NCBI GenBank assembly: GCA_020891255.1
Contig: BQFW01000006.1
Location: 1,612,001-1,676,000 of the forward strand
DNA: 64,000 nt
From: Entomortierella parvispora E1425
Lineage: Eukaryota > Fungi > Mortierellomycota
Direction: 5' to 3'
Below the pieces are notes generated by a model, which saw only the letters and a program-made list of their open reading frames with translations, was not told where the DNA came from and did not search any database. Below, piece by piece: positions 19,879-32,371 of the stretch. The translations under genes were made by a program, and so were the position numbers. The stretch's first letter is position 1. Each line of letters begins with the position of its first letter.

Positions 19879-20131
19879 GGAACTCGATAATAACAAAAAG
19901 AAAAAGAAACACCACCGCCGCCACCACACACAGCAACCAACCATATAAGAGGAATACAGTCATACGAGGTCATCTAAAATGTCAAAAAGTGGTGCCCGAT
20001 GAACGGCGCCACACTCCAAGCTGCAACCCAAAGAATAATAAAACAATGTTGCCCAAAAAAAAAAAAAAAAAAAAAGTGTTGGAGGGTACCAGAGCAGGTT
20101 TCTTTTATGGCGTGGGTATGTTGAGCAAATA

Positions 20132-22596
20132 TTAGTTCTTTCCGAGGATATGATAGATCATCTTTGTGACGAATGGGGACAGAACCTGTTCCTCGCGTTG
20201 GTAGAACGACTATGATATATATAAAAAAAAGGGTCAGAAATCAATGGTCCAAAAAAACAAGATACTCCACGTTTCTCTCAATACGGTTACCATAATCAGA
20301 GACATGGCAAAGGAGAACGTCATGACCTCCCAATGCTTGACACCCTTGACCCAATTTTTGCGGTATAAGATCTTGTAAAGACTCTCTGCAGCCTTGGGAG
20401 CCACATACATGGCCAACTCTGCGCGTCTTTGCTCCTGCTCGACCATGATGGCCGATCCCGCACAGGTCAATCCAAAGAGCCAGTAGATGTATTTGCTGTT
20501 GCCGACGGGGAGGCCTGCATTCAAGACGTTTCGGTGAGCGCAGATCTGGGCCTGATAAAGGGAAACAAAAACGGCGAAAAAGACGGAGGATCGCAGCGTG
20601 TTGAAACTCGTCTTGGATGCCACATTCACAGGACTAAGAGAAAAGGAAAAGAAAAAAAAGAGGAAATTAGAGGAAAAAATAGATAGTCTGGTAACAAAGC
20701 AATGGTAGTCAAGATCATCGGGGTCATTCAACTCCCAAAACGCTGATTCGTACTCCTTGAGCAATCTCTTTGTTCTCAGGACAAGTAGCGGCACAAAGTT
20801 GAGGGTAGCATAGACGGGGAAGATGGATTTGGTCACATCGATCAATCGCTCCACGCTGTTGACCGTGCAAGAGTCCTTGCTGGGGTGAAAGACTGCACAG
20901 GTCAGGACTGATGCGTTCTCGGGAATGGCGGACACTACTTCCAATGTCCTGGCTGTGGGTTTGTATTTGTTGACCATGTCTCTCAACATCCTCAAGTCCA
21001 AGGGGAATCCACGAACCGTCGCCCTGTTAAAGGCAAGCATTTCTGGTGTAACGCGGCTAGTCTTGTTCATGAAACCAAAAAACTCTTTTGGGATCGTGTC
21101 CGGATGCATCTACAACAAGCAAGAACAACCTTTAGATACTTGGATCTCCCTCCTGTCCAGTTTGTCCATGTTGGAGGCGCATCAGCTTTGTACTTACTGC
21201 GAACGCGTACAGGACTTGAGCGGATCCAATGGCAAAGAGAACCGCATCTCCGTGCCGGAAAGAAAACTGTCCGCGGTATTTGCCTGCATTGTAGACGCCT
21301 TGCATCGAACTAGCGAAAATTTTCACGAGTCGAGAAAGAAAAAAAAGATCCCGTTGGATATAAGAATTTGTCATCCCGTATGTATACCCTTGGGCCCTAC
21401 TTTGCCCATCTTTCTTTTTTTTTTTTTCCGAGAAAAAGGTTTTTGTGTTGCAGAATCATAAATGGGCTCTGGCAAATAGACACTCACCGGACAAACATTT
21501 GCTGGGTGAAGGTGACTCGACGTTCTGGAGACTCTACAAAAAGAGCAAGGCCAGCAATGGCGCCTTACCCATATTTTTTTCACAAGAGCGGTTCTCAAAA
21601 GTTAGATGTGGGGAGAGAAAGAGGTGGTTGGAGAGAGTAACGAACAATGTCAGACTTGATCGTCGAATGGGTTACTGTTACATACCAGCAATGGCTCCGT
21701 TGATCCTATCGTCCTTTCCACGATACAACTTGAGTCCGTTGTTGACAAACTTCCATAGAAAAGAAAACAGACCGAAAAACGTTCCAATCCGGATGGCGTC
21801 CTGTCCCATGAAGGCATCCTTGAGGAGACCAGCAAGTGAGCCCCTATTTTTTTTTTATCAGAAACATATAAAGCAGCTTGTTACTGTCAGTTCAAAACAT
21901 CCCGATCTGTTTTTTTGTCTAGGCTTATTCTTACCGCCCCTTCATCAGCTTGATCAGACCCAAACAAAAGTTGACAATCGCCTTCATGCCGTAGGAAACA
22001 GTTCCAGAACCTAATGAAAGAGATAAAGATATCAGGTCAGGCTCCACCCCCTCAAATTGATCTCTGGTGGAAGCACATGCAATCCCGATAACAATGCATC
22101 CCGAGCAGGACCTACGAATTGCGCCCAGGGTGGCATGTTTCAACACGCCCTCATAGGTATCACAACGGGCCGAGAGATGAGGGATCGACACGCCAGACTT
22201 GTAGTTTTTGCACTTTTCAGCCGCTTCCAAACCTTCGGGGGTGCGGTACCCCTTTGGCCTCTTGCCATTGATCCAGCCTGATCGATCTTCAGCATATTTC
22301 TTATGTTTGCTGCGACGATTCGTCGATTGGTGTCGATCCTTGGAGGAACGTGCTTGATCCTCGGCAGCAAGGGGAGTTGGCAGTACGGGCGCTTCTGCGC
22401 TGGTCATTAACAAGGCTCTGTCCAAATCGGCAATAATGTGGGTGGAGGATGATCGAGACAGTGGCCGAGAGGATCCGTCCGCAGTGGCGTAGGAGGAGGA
22501 GGAAAGGGAAGAGGACGACGAGGAAGAGGAGGGAACTGAAATGTCTGCTGCGTCGACAGCATCTGCTGGGTCGATGGATGGCGGATGGTCTGCCAT
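20132..22596 (-). CDS. TMEM135: TMEM135 family (peroxisomal/mitochondrial) membrane protein, multi-exon
   Basis: Segments FGLFSFLWK, NGAIAG, AIGSAQVLYAF, HPDTIPKEFFGFM, FPVYATLNFVP, RRAELAMYVAPKAAES and YQREEQVLSP fit the family. Internal exon borders were only partly traced. Confidence 0.8.
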
Positions 22597-23227
22597 GGGA
22601 ATGAAGGAAGGGGGAGAAGGAGGGAGATGGGGGGCAAAGAGATGAGGGATGGGTCCAGCGATGACAAGAAAAGAGGGACAATGAAGACAAAAGAGACAGA
22701 ACAGGAACAAAGGCAAGAAAGACAGAGAGTGAATTGTGCGTCCGTGCATTGGCCCAGATAAGCATGCGGCCTGGGCCGTGGTTGGCTGGGCTCCAAAGAC
22801 GATGCAAAAGCGGTTTGAAATCCCAATTGCGCGTCTGTGGCGTGTCTGCATCCTGGACAATGTGTGGATGTAAAGTGTGGGGATGGCACTGTGGAGAAGA
22901 GTTCATGTTCAGCCCTGTCTTCTTTTCCTCTTTTCCTGTCTTGTCTTGGATCCTGCTTTCCTTCTTTCTTTCTTTCTTTGCCTGTTCAAAACTTCGAGTC
23001 TGTGGGCAGATCGAAGCTTGTCTGCCTGTGCCTCGCGCTACTGAAATAAACATTGTGCTCTGGTTTACTGTATCTCCCTTTTACAAGGGTGCAAGGGGAC
23101 ATGTCCCTGTGCACACAACCCTGATTTGATCTGAGGGTGGATGAACTTTTTATTGCACCTGTTGTCATTCTGGGGAAAGTACTTTCGGTTGTTATAAGAG
23201 CGCCATTGTTGTCGCAACGCTCTCCGT

Positions 23228-25666
23228 TCACTTTGTCATGGATCTGGTTGAACGCGATCGATTCGGCGCAGGACTATTGCTGTTCCTGGAAGTCGCTCGA
23301 AGTCGTCGAGAATTGTTCCCAAGAGCAGACCTGGTAGAGTCTTCAGTCGCAATGGAAAAAGTCTCGCCTTCATCAAAACGGACCATCGACAACGAATCAA
23401 CGGTACTTCCCATGGAGTCACTGACTTCTGACGCGTCATCTCCATGTCCACCTCCAGTACCAGCGTGCATCTGCCAGGTTGTAGGCGAAGGTGCCGACGG
23501 GGATAGTACTACCTCAGAAAAGACTTCTGGATGCAGGTGTTGGTGCTGATGAGCATAGTGGCGGTCGGTTGACTTCTGACGCTGTCCTTGTGTGTGTGGC
23601 TGCTGCTCCTGCTGCTGCGGTTGCTTCATCAAGAGATTGCAAGCGTTGCAGAGATTCTCTTCCTGAGGTCCTTTTCGCCAAATGGGGGTAGAGGTCACGC
23701 CACAGAGATGGCATGGGTCGTGTTCAGCCTGGGTACGATGAATCTTGATCGTGCCGTCCTTGGCCGTGAAGAATGGACGGGGCTTTCCATGAAGTTTTTG
23801 GCTAAAAAAGATAAAGGGAGAAAACATTCTCAGTTTCACAGACTGATACTTGGTCTTTTGTTCCAACATCATCCGAAAAATGGACTCTTTCCTTCTATCT
23901 TCTATATCTGTCTCTCTCTCTCTCTCGATCACTTACTAGAGTCCGCAGGCATTGCAAAGAAGGATCCGACCTTCTGGGCATCTCCTCCAACTGGGTGTGG
24001 CACGGGTATGGCAATTGAAGCAATACTTTGGATCGGGATCCATAGCCTGGAGTTCTTGCTTGCTCAAATTTCTGCGCGGGTACTCTCCATTCTTGGACGA
24101 CAGAGATAGATTCTCGGAGACCATACCCAACGGCTGAGAGAGAGCAAGAGTATAGTGATCGCTATAGGAAGGATCGTGGTTGCTATGGCAAGAGAGTTGG
24201 TGGTGCGATTGACCTCCCTGTTGGTGCTGGTCCTGATAGTTTGTTGAATAGGATCCCTCGGAAGAACCAAAAATGGATGGGTATGCTGTTGTTGTCGAAA
24301 GAGGCGTATAAGAAGTGTATCCCAAATCATGACCGTTCATGTCGGCCGCAATAGCTGCTGAAGCGGCATCACTTAGGGACAAGTGTGTCGATGGCATGTA
24401 GCCTAACTGCGAGGATGATCCCGAGTACATATGGCCTGGATTGCCGTTGGACTGACCAAGATGCATTTGGTTATAGGAGTCATGATCGCGATGGAGACGC
24501 CTCGATGGATCTGGGTAAGGATATGAGTCTAGTGGATGCTGTCGATGGTGAAGATGGTGCTGGTGGTAAGAAGGTTGTTGTATTGACTGGTATGGCTGCG
24601 ATGGGCCAAAATAGCACTCTTGGTCGTGACCCGCGTCAACAGGGGAGAGCACAGACATCATATTTGGTGGCGTGGCGGTTGATTTTCGGACGCGTTTGGA
24701 GCGCGAGGATCGAGCAACTTGTCCACTATGACTGTGGCCCAAGGTTGGTGACCATGATTGCAGCCCTGGGTCCAACTGGGAGTAGTGCTCTTGATAGTGC
24801 TGAGGGTATCGTGGCTCTGGATGGATGTCATCAAATGGAGGCAGCAGTGATGTTCCAGTGTTGGATCCCGACGACCATTCTAGAGCAGTGAGTCCTCCAT
24901 CAAATGGCTTTTCGCTTGGAATGAAGCTACTGCCACCCGCGACGGTCTCGACTCTGCAGGCGAGGTTACTTCTGTAGGTCGATTCATCGGGCCGGGTACG
25001 CGTTTCCAGCTCATCATAGGGGTTCCAGTTTGGTTCCAGGGGAGGGTCATCCAAATGGCTCTGGAACACAAGAGGTGAACCCACGGCCTCAAATGCTGGA
25101 GGCGACCGATGCCCATTCTCGATCGTGGGCTGAGAGGGGATTTTGCCTCCGCTGGCGATATCTCCATCAGTGGAAACGCTTCGGGGCTCTTGTCCAGCGC
25201 GGTTCTCACTGTCTGGGAGCTGTGTGTCGGATTCGGATAGGATAGGCAGCAGGATCTCGACCTTGGCAGGCACCAAGGTGCTTACGACTCCGTTGTTGAT
25301 GTTCTCAAGGCCACCATTGACAGGGATGGTGAGGAGTGGAAGAGGATGCGGTGACAGGCTTTCTGACATATCTATAGATGGCGCTGGTGACTCGAGGTGG
25401 GAGGCTGGCCCACCGCCATCGTTAGCATTGGCTTGGGAGCATGGGACCTTCAATCGCTTTCGCTTGTCGAGTTCCGAGTCCAGACTGATCCCAAGTCCAA
25501 GGGACCCTTCTGTTGTTGTCGTTTTTGTTGTAGCTGTTGTTGTTGTTGTTGTTGTTGTTGCTGTATCTGCGCCGGACACTGATGTCAAGGCTGGCCGGGT
25601 CAAACTTTGGCACGGCTGATGGCCCAGATCGAGTTGACGTTTTGATGGATTCTCCTCGTGCGGCAT
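23228..25666 (-). CDS. GATA transcription factor with two zinc fingers (~767 aa)
   Basis: Exons 25666-23937 and 23801-23228. Finger 1 is CFNC-x18-CNAC (24022-23945) and finger 2 is CHLC-x17-CNAC (23713-23639). Confidence 0.9.
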
Positions 25667-26571
25667 GAGGCTATAGATGGAGGGGAGATGTGGAAGAGAG
25701 AGGACAGTGTATATGTGTGCTTGTGAGTGAATGCGCGTGCATACAGAGGGGTAGAAAAGAAAGTGGATGTAAGGATCAGAGAGAGAGAGAGCAAAGTGAA
25801 AGGCATCGCAGACTCGGAGCCTGTTTAAATAGCAAAGCCTGAAGACAGGCTGGTTGCCATTGCGTGCTGTTCCCTACTGATCTGCTTTGCCGACCCATTG
25901 TATTCCCTGCATCCCGTTGTGCTGTGTCTGAGTCCTGGATGTTCACTCGGGTGATAGCAATCCACTCAATGTCTCTCTCGTTCTCTCTTTCCTTCTCTCC
26001 TCTGGCCCCATCCATTGGATTACCTGGAAAGAAGAACAACGCAGCGGGCCAAAGTCATTGCTCTCCTCCACTGCCTGATCACCTCGTCTACAAATGCGTA
26101 TGGTTACTGATCAAACAGTCATAAGAAAAAATAAACCCGACGTGTTCATCCAGTGGACTGTGGGCTCGGCTGCTATCCGTGGCCACTGGCAAAAAAGGAA
26201 AACAGCAACTATGGAGGACCAAGAGACACGGTCGCAAACTGGCATGTTTTCCCGGAAAAGACAAGGAAAGGTCAAAAGGTAGTCCCCATCTTCCGGCTCT
26301 CTCTCTTCCTCCTCCTCAGCAAAAAGCAGAGCCAAAAAAGCAAAGGGTGCTCAAGAGGAAGATGGGGCAAGGAAATTAAGCCTTTTCTTCAACAGCTTTC
26401 ACCGCATCCAGAGATATAGTCGGAGATGGTTTCTCTTAATGCCAAGGGTATGGCGCCTATCCTGTACACTCAATCTCTGATTCCTTCAATCTGTAAAGTC
26501 ATTTACAATGAAGAAAAAAAAGCAGCTATTGTTCGTTTATTATTCTTATCCTTCATTCCTGACTGTTGATT

Positions 26572-29500
26572 CTATTCGTGATAAATCCAGGCATTCGCTA
26601 AACTAGCGGCTCGGAGCTTGCTCAGCTCGGCATTGGTCTGATTCCCGCCCCAGTAGAGACTTTCACTCGACAAAAAGTCAATGGTGGCCAAGCACAGTCT
26701 CTGCCACGGACCTTGATCATCTGTCGACTCTGTCTTGTTGGCTCGAGAGGACGACGAGGAGCAAGAAGACACAGAGGAAGACTGCTGCTGTTGTTGATGG
26801 AGGTTTATCGTGATTTCATCGATTTCGTCCTCCACCTGAACCGGCGACCGACGCCATTCTCCCTCACGCCAGACTCCTTTGCTCCACGGTCCTTGCTCTC
26901 GGAGCAACGTCATGATGGTGGGTGTCATTCGAGCCGAGTGCAATTCCTGCGGTCGATTCAGGGCCTGAACCAAAGGCGAGCTTCGATTGTCATCAGAGAG
27001 AAAGAGTCCACAGGCCATATGACAGAGCGAGAGGAGCTCTTGCTTAAGCAAGTTGTCTTGTCGGATCCTTTCCTCAGACCGATACTGTTGATATACCAGT
27101 GCCTCCTCCTCCAAAGCGCGTCGCAGTTGCTCCTGTTGCTGCTCTTGCTGCTGCTGCTGCTGCTGCTGTTGATGCTCCCAGTCCATCTCTTCATTCTCAA
27201 CTGTTGGGCTTGCACTCTCTGTCATGGCATTCACCGCGCCATGAACACCATGAGGACAGGAACGCTGTTTGGGATCTGAGGTGTCTTTAGATCGAGAGTC
27301 ACGTCGAGTCCTTCGCACGCTATCACCAGCGTTCAGTTCCTCTGAGACTGAGGAGGCAAACGGCAAACACAGCAGAGGGCGGCGATGGGGACGATGGCGG
27401 CGGCGCTGTGGCATGGAAGCCAACCAAAGCCTCTGGATTGCCTGGCGAAATCGATTTCGGACGACATTAGGCACGATGGTGTAAGGATACTGGGATGCAA
27501 AGGCAGTCGAATGAGATGCACAGCTGCATGGGTAGCTATTGCTGCTGTTGCTGCGGCTACGAGGAGCTTGAGGAGTTGCGGACAAGGACGCGCTGGAAAC
27601 ATTGGACGGAGGGGGCAGCTGTTGTAGAGGCTCTACCAAAGGGGTTGGTAAAACGATGGGCATGCGACTGGGATCAGCCAACGTCGGTCGAGCACTGTGG
27701 TGTTGCTGGATCCGATTATAGAGCGCGACCAGATCGCTCAAACAGCGGTGCCACAGCATCAACTGAAAATAGTTGGACATGCGCGTCGGAGGCTTGACCA
27801 CACTCTGCCTCGTCCTTCTCACACTTGCGTTTGGGGCCGAGGATGACAAGGAGTTTGAGGTCTGGACAATGATAACGGGCGAAAGTATGTGCAGGAACGG
27901 TCCCAGGACCACGGAGCAATCTTGATGCATCTTTTCCGCAAACACGGCATCGACCGGATCTTGAGTCTTGGAGGCCTTGCCGAATCCGTCCTCAATGCTG
28001 GCTGTGACATACCGCGCACAGTTGATCACAGCCCGACGGTGGTGAAGAACGACCAAGTTCGGGTCAAAGAGTAGGTTCACGATAGCCTGGAATCGTTTCA
28101 AGGGTAGAGGTCCCCTCCAGTCTCCAAGGACGTTGTTGTCTGCCTCGACCAAAGAGACACTGGAGGAACCCGATCGGAGACTGACTGTTGAAGGAGAAGC
28201 CGAGGAAGGACTTGAGAACAATGATGTCCTTGGAGACAACATCATGTCTCGTTCGCAGGCCTGGCCGTTGTCGAGCTCACCCTCATTCACCTCGCCATCA
28301 TTGCCGGTGGCTTTCATTCCGAGCATGCTGTTTCGCGAAGGCGGCGTGATCAGATGGACCGGTAGACCTTTGGCCATGAGATTCAGAAATCGGATAGCTT
28401 GCGCGGACCAGTACGTACTCCTGGACTCACTTCTGGTTGGCATGAGCTTTCGAGGTTCCATCGAAGTAGACCGGTGCTGAGGAGAATGAGCAAGGTAAGG
28501 GCCCTGGTATGACCGAAGATGATAGCCATGCTGTTGCAATGGTGACAGCTGCTGCTGATTATGATGCTGTGTCTGCCCAAGATAGGGCATCAAGTGGCCG
28601 TGATAAGCAGGCCGCACTGCACCAGGCGAAGGCGACGACGACGACACTGACAACCTTGCCAATCGTTCCTCTTGCTCCATCCGATCAAACTCCCGCCGCA
28701 GCTCCGCCTCCATCTCGGCCCTCGCCTCTAGCTCATCCCGTCGATACAGAATCCTGACGGCCTCGAATCCGAACCGCTGGGGCCCAGTCATGTAACGGCG
28801 TACTTCAAAGCCCATGGTGCTGGAAACCTGACACAGTTTCCATAGATCGCCAGGGCTCAAAAAGTCTAGCAGGTATACAAAGACATCGACTGGCAGATCC
28901 AAGGGCGAGAAGCAGGACACGTAATACGGCGGCAACCTGGGCCCGAGGATAGATGCGGCAGTAGCGTTGACAGCAAGGGTAGTAGAGAGGGCCATATGAT
29001 CCTGATCCTGTGCTCCGAGACTCTCTTCTTCCTTTGGAGAGTAGTGTTGGTGATGGTGGTGGTTGACAAATTGTTTCCAAGAGAGTGGGTGATCGGATGC
29101 AGCCGTTGTTGTGTCCATGGTCGCACTGTTGGTTTGAGTTTGTACCCGTCCTTGTTGTACATCGGTCAGGTTTTGTTTCGATTTGTGTTGCTGTTGCTGT
29201 TGCTGCTGTGGTTGGTGTGGAAACGGTGCGCATGCCGGGCGGAGCGTGTTGTCGTTGTCGTCTTGGACCTTGTTGTTGTTATTGACATGGCTTATTGTGG
29301 AAGAGGGAGGGGAATGGGGTCGAGTGGCGACATTCTTGCGGACACAAGGGCGACAGCTGCTGTTGGATCGCTCTACGTGGTTTGTCCCTGAAGGCAAAGT
29401 GGGGTGTGGAAGATGACTGACATGGCTTGTTCCCCTGATTGATCGTCTCTGCTGCAGATGCTGCTCATGAGGCTGCAGCTGATGATGCTCCTTGGGGTGT

Positions 29501-29673
29501 GGCGGAACCTCCTCCTCCCCATCCTGATTGGCATGGTCGACAAGAGATCGAGCATCGTTGGAGCAGGGAGGACAAGGGTCACAGCAGGACATGTCTTCGC
29601 TTGGGCTCACGACTATGTATCGATCAGGTCGAAAATGTCGATGAAAAGTTCTCTTGATTCGTCGTAGAGACAT
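26572..29673 (-). CDS. F-box protein (~1033 aa), largely low-complexity
   Basis: Intronless ORF from MSLRRIKR with F-box LDLPVDVFVYLLDFLSPGDLWKLCQVS (~28905-28790) and poly-Gln tracts. Confidence 0.8.
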   Translation of the reverse strand: MSLRRIKRTFHRHFRPDRYIVVSPSEDMSCCDPCPPCSNDARSLVDHANQDGEEEVPPHPKEHHQLQPHEQHLQQRRSIRGTSHVSHLPHPTLPSGTNHVERSNSSCRPCVRKNVATRPHSPPSSTISHVNNNNKVQDDNDNTLRPACAPFPHQPQQQQQQQHKSKQNLTDVQQGRVQTQTNSATMDTTTAASDHPLSWKQFVNHHHHQHYSPKEEESLGAQDQDHMALSTTLAVNATAASILGPRLPPYYVSCFSPLDLPVDVFVYLLDFLSPGDLWKLCQVSSTMGFEVRRYMTGPQRFGFEAVRILYRRDELEARAEMEAELRREFDRMEQEERLARLSVSSSSPSPGAVRPAYHGHLMPYLGQTQHHNQQQLSPLQQHGYHLRSYQGPYLAHSPQHRSTSMEPRKLMPTRSESRSTYWSAQAIRFLNLMAKGLPVHLITPPSRNSMLGMKATGNDGEVNEGELDNGQACERDMMLSPRTSLFSSPSSASPSTVSLRSGSSSVSLVEADNNVLGDWRGPLPLKRFQAIVNLLFDPNLVVLHHRRAVINCARYVTASIEDGFGKASKTQDPVDAVFAEKMHQDCSVVLGPFLHILSPVIIVQTSNSLSSSAPNASVRRTRQSVVKPPTRMSNYFQLMLWHRCLSDLVALYNRIQQHHSARPTLADPSRMPIVLPTPLVEPLQQLPPPSNVSSASLSATPQAPRSRSNSSNSYPCSCASHSTAFASQYPYTIVPNVVRNRFRQAIQRLWLASMPQRRRHRPHRRPLLCLPFASSVSEELNAGDSVRRTRRDSRSKDTSDPKQRSCPHGVHGAVNAMTESASPTVENEEMDWEHQQQQQQQQQEQQQEQLRRALEEEALVYQQYRSEERIRQDNLLKQELLSLCHMACGLFLSDDNRSSPLVQALNRPQELHSARMTPTIMTLLREQGPWSKGVWREGEWRRSPVQVEDEIDEITINLHQQQQQSSSVSSCSSSSSRANKTESTDDQGPWQRLCLATIDFLSSESLYWGGNQTNAELSKLRAASLANAWIYHE

Positions 29674-30477
29674 GGCTCGATCCAGGAGTTGGGGACAAGA
29701 GCAAAAAAAAAAAAGGAAGGATTGTGCAAACAGTATAACAACGAAAAAAGGAAAACAGACAGACCGTATTATAAAGCTCAAGAGGAACAAGAAGACTGAA
29801 AGGAAAGAGGAGATCGGTGGCGACACGAACGAGACTCAAGGGTGGATGAAGGCGAAGAAAGAAGAAACCGCCGAGAGGTACTCACTCCACGAGAGAGAGG
29901 GAGAGAGACGGAGAAGAGTGGAGATATATCTCTCGCACTAGGGAATGAAGGGGTTGAGATTTTGGACGAGGAGACAGTGGAAGAAAAAGAGGAAGAAGAA
30001 GGAAAAGGTGTGGTTGTTGTTTGAAAATAGAGGTGTGGAAAACGAACAGGAGACCATGAAAGATTGGCCCAAACTGAAGAAAGAAGCCAAAGAAAGAGGA
30101 GGATGGGGCGATGGATACAAGCTGTCAAAGAGCGGCAGCATCGCGTCTGATCACTGTCGCTCGGCAGAAGCGATCCAAGGTTAAATCGGATGGGCTTTGA
30201 AAAAGTCTCGGCCTGGGCCAAGCACCAGACAAAAAGAAAAAAATAAACACAAGGACACAAGAGCGAGGGCGAGGGTCCTGAGATACGCAATCCTAGAGTC
30301 AAAACGAACAAAAGGGCATGGCATGGACGTAGTGACCCTCAGGGTCTCTTTTTTTTTTCTTTCTGAAAAAGTTCTTTATGGGTTTATCATGTAGATTGCG
30401 TTAATGATGATTACTGTACAAGGGGTTGAGAAGAGAGGTGAAAGATAATCTGTAAGGATGTAGGGAGAGTGGGGCCT

Positions 30478-31555
30478 CTAATGGCCAGAACCCTCGCCAA
30501 TCTCGACACCGTTGGTGGCGCCAAAGGCCTTCTTGAGCTCGCCATAGGTGACAAACTGCATAGAGGTCAAAGTTCCGACCATGAGCACACGGGGTCCAAG
30601 TCCCAAGAACAAGCCTCTGAAGCCCAGTTCCTTGCCAAGACCCATCAAGCGGGCCATGACAGATCCAGTGCCTGAGGTCTTGTTGATCTTGGACAACAAC
30701 GTATCAGCAGGCTGAGAGACAACAGCTGCGGCGGCACCGGCGATCAAACCTGCGACCAAGTTCACATTCGTCATGGCTCCGGACGACAAGTTCTCCTTGG
30801 GTCCCACGCGCTTCAAGATCTGTTCCGTAGCGTGTTCAAAGACCACAAACTTGGCCATGGTATAAGGAACCTGCTTGAAGACAATGGGTCCGAATCCGGA
30901 ATAGAATCCGCGCACGCCTTCCTCTCTCAAAATCCTGGAGAATCCCGAAACAAGGCCAGTTGCAAAAGTGGGTTGGGACACCAATCGGATACGAGTCGCC
31001 TCCAAAGGACAGAGCATCACATCCGCAAAGAATTCTGCAACACCGGAAGCTCCCAAGTAGATCGCCGTCCGGTTCTGGACCGCCTTGTCGTAACCGACTT
31101 GGTCAATGAGAATCTTCTTCCAGAGTTCGTATCCACCGAATTTACCGGCCCCCTGGAAAAAGTATCCGATAAACGTAGGTCCGAATCCTGTCAAGAGTGC
31201 GCGGGGGCCTTCAGCTTTGATCACTTGGCGGAAAGAGGCTGCCATACCCTTGTTGTAGATACCGGGCTCAAGTTGCATACGAGTCTTGACAACATCTACA
31301 AGCGGAGGAGTAGGGGGAGTTGAAGCGCCATTAGTCGTGCGAGCAGGCTGACAGAGGATCGTGGGACAAAAAACCAAAGAAATAAAATAGAAGCAGGGCT
31401 TTAGACATAGGGGTGACATTCTTACCAATGGGTGTCATAGAGCCGTGAGTGACTCCACAGCTGATGGCACCGGCGAGTGCAAAGCGAGCATAGAGAGCAG
31501 CACCAGTGGGTGCCATTGCAATAGCTTGAGGGTCCTTAAGAACAGGGGTAGCCAT
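30478..31555 (-). CDS. MIR1: Mitochondrial phosphate carrier (315 aa)
   Basis: Exons 31555-31426 and 31295-30478. Carrier signatures [21 protein letters not shown] and QPADTLLSK, plus [10 protein letters not shown]. Confidence 0.95.
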
Positions 31556-32371
31556 AGTGAGAGACGGTTGTGGATAAGGAAGAGGGAGGAAAGTAGGTAG
31601 AAGGGAAGGAGAGAAGGAAAGAAGAGGAAAGAGGAAAGAGGAAGAGGCGTGACGGAGCACGAAAGAGAAGAGTGGGAATGGGATACTACTAGAGAAGAGG
31701 GATGGAAGTGAAAGTGAAAGGAAAAGAGCACAAAGCGCTTCTTTTATACGATCGAGGTAAAGGTCGTCCACAACTGGTCCGGGAAGAACGGATAATTGTT
31801 TGGCAAGTTGTGTGTTGATGATGATGTTTAGATAGTAGATAGAGGAGGAAGGCAAAAAAATGACCTCAAGCGAGGCAAAACTTGTGCTTGTGATGACATG
31901 CGCTGCAACTCGGGCCAGGGCAGAGAAAGAGGCCGATGGATGACGGTTGAGAGCAATTGGGCCAGTCGGCCCTGCAGTGGGGTGCACAGACAGCACGAAC
32001 AACGCGTAAAAGTGCCGCCGATTGCCAGTCCGAAATCACCCCGTCTGAGACAGGACGGGATCACGGTGGGATGCCCTCTCTGCTCCGCCCAACCAGGACG
32101 CCCGCAGCAATCAGACATGACGTCCCAAGAGGAGAGATCCTTCTTCTCCAGCACAAGGTTCATCTTGTTTCCGGGGAATGTGTGTCAGTGCTGGCTTTGT
32201 CTCTCCACTCGTCCACAGTGTATCTTCACCGGCCCCATTCATCCAGGTAAGACAAGAGCTGTTGCAGAAAATGGCAGATAGCCATGTAATTTATGTTTAT
32301 GGTACATGAGAGGGGAGTTTTTGGGAGTGGCAGTTGTGTTTTTCTTTCTTTCCTTCTTGCCGGCTCGGTCT

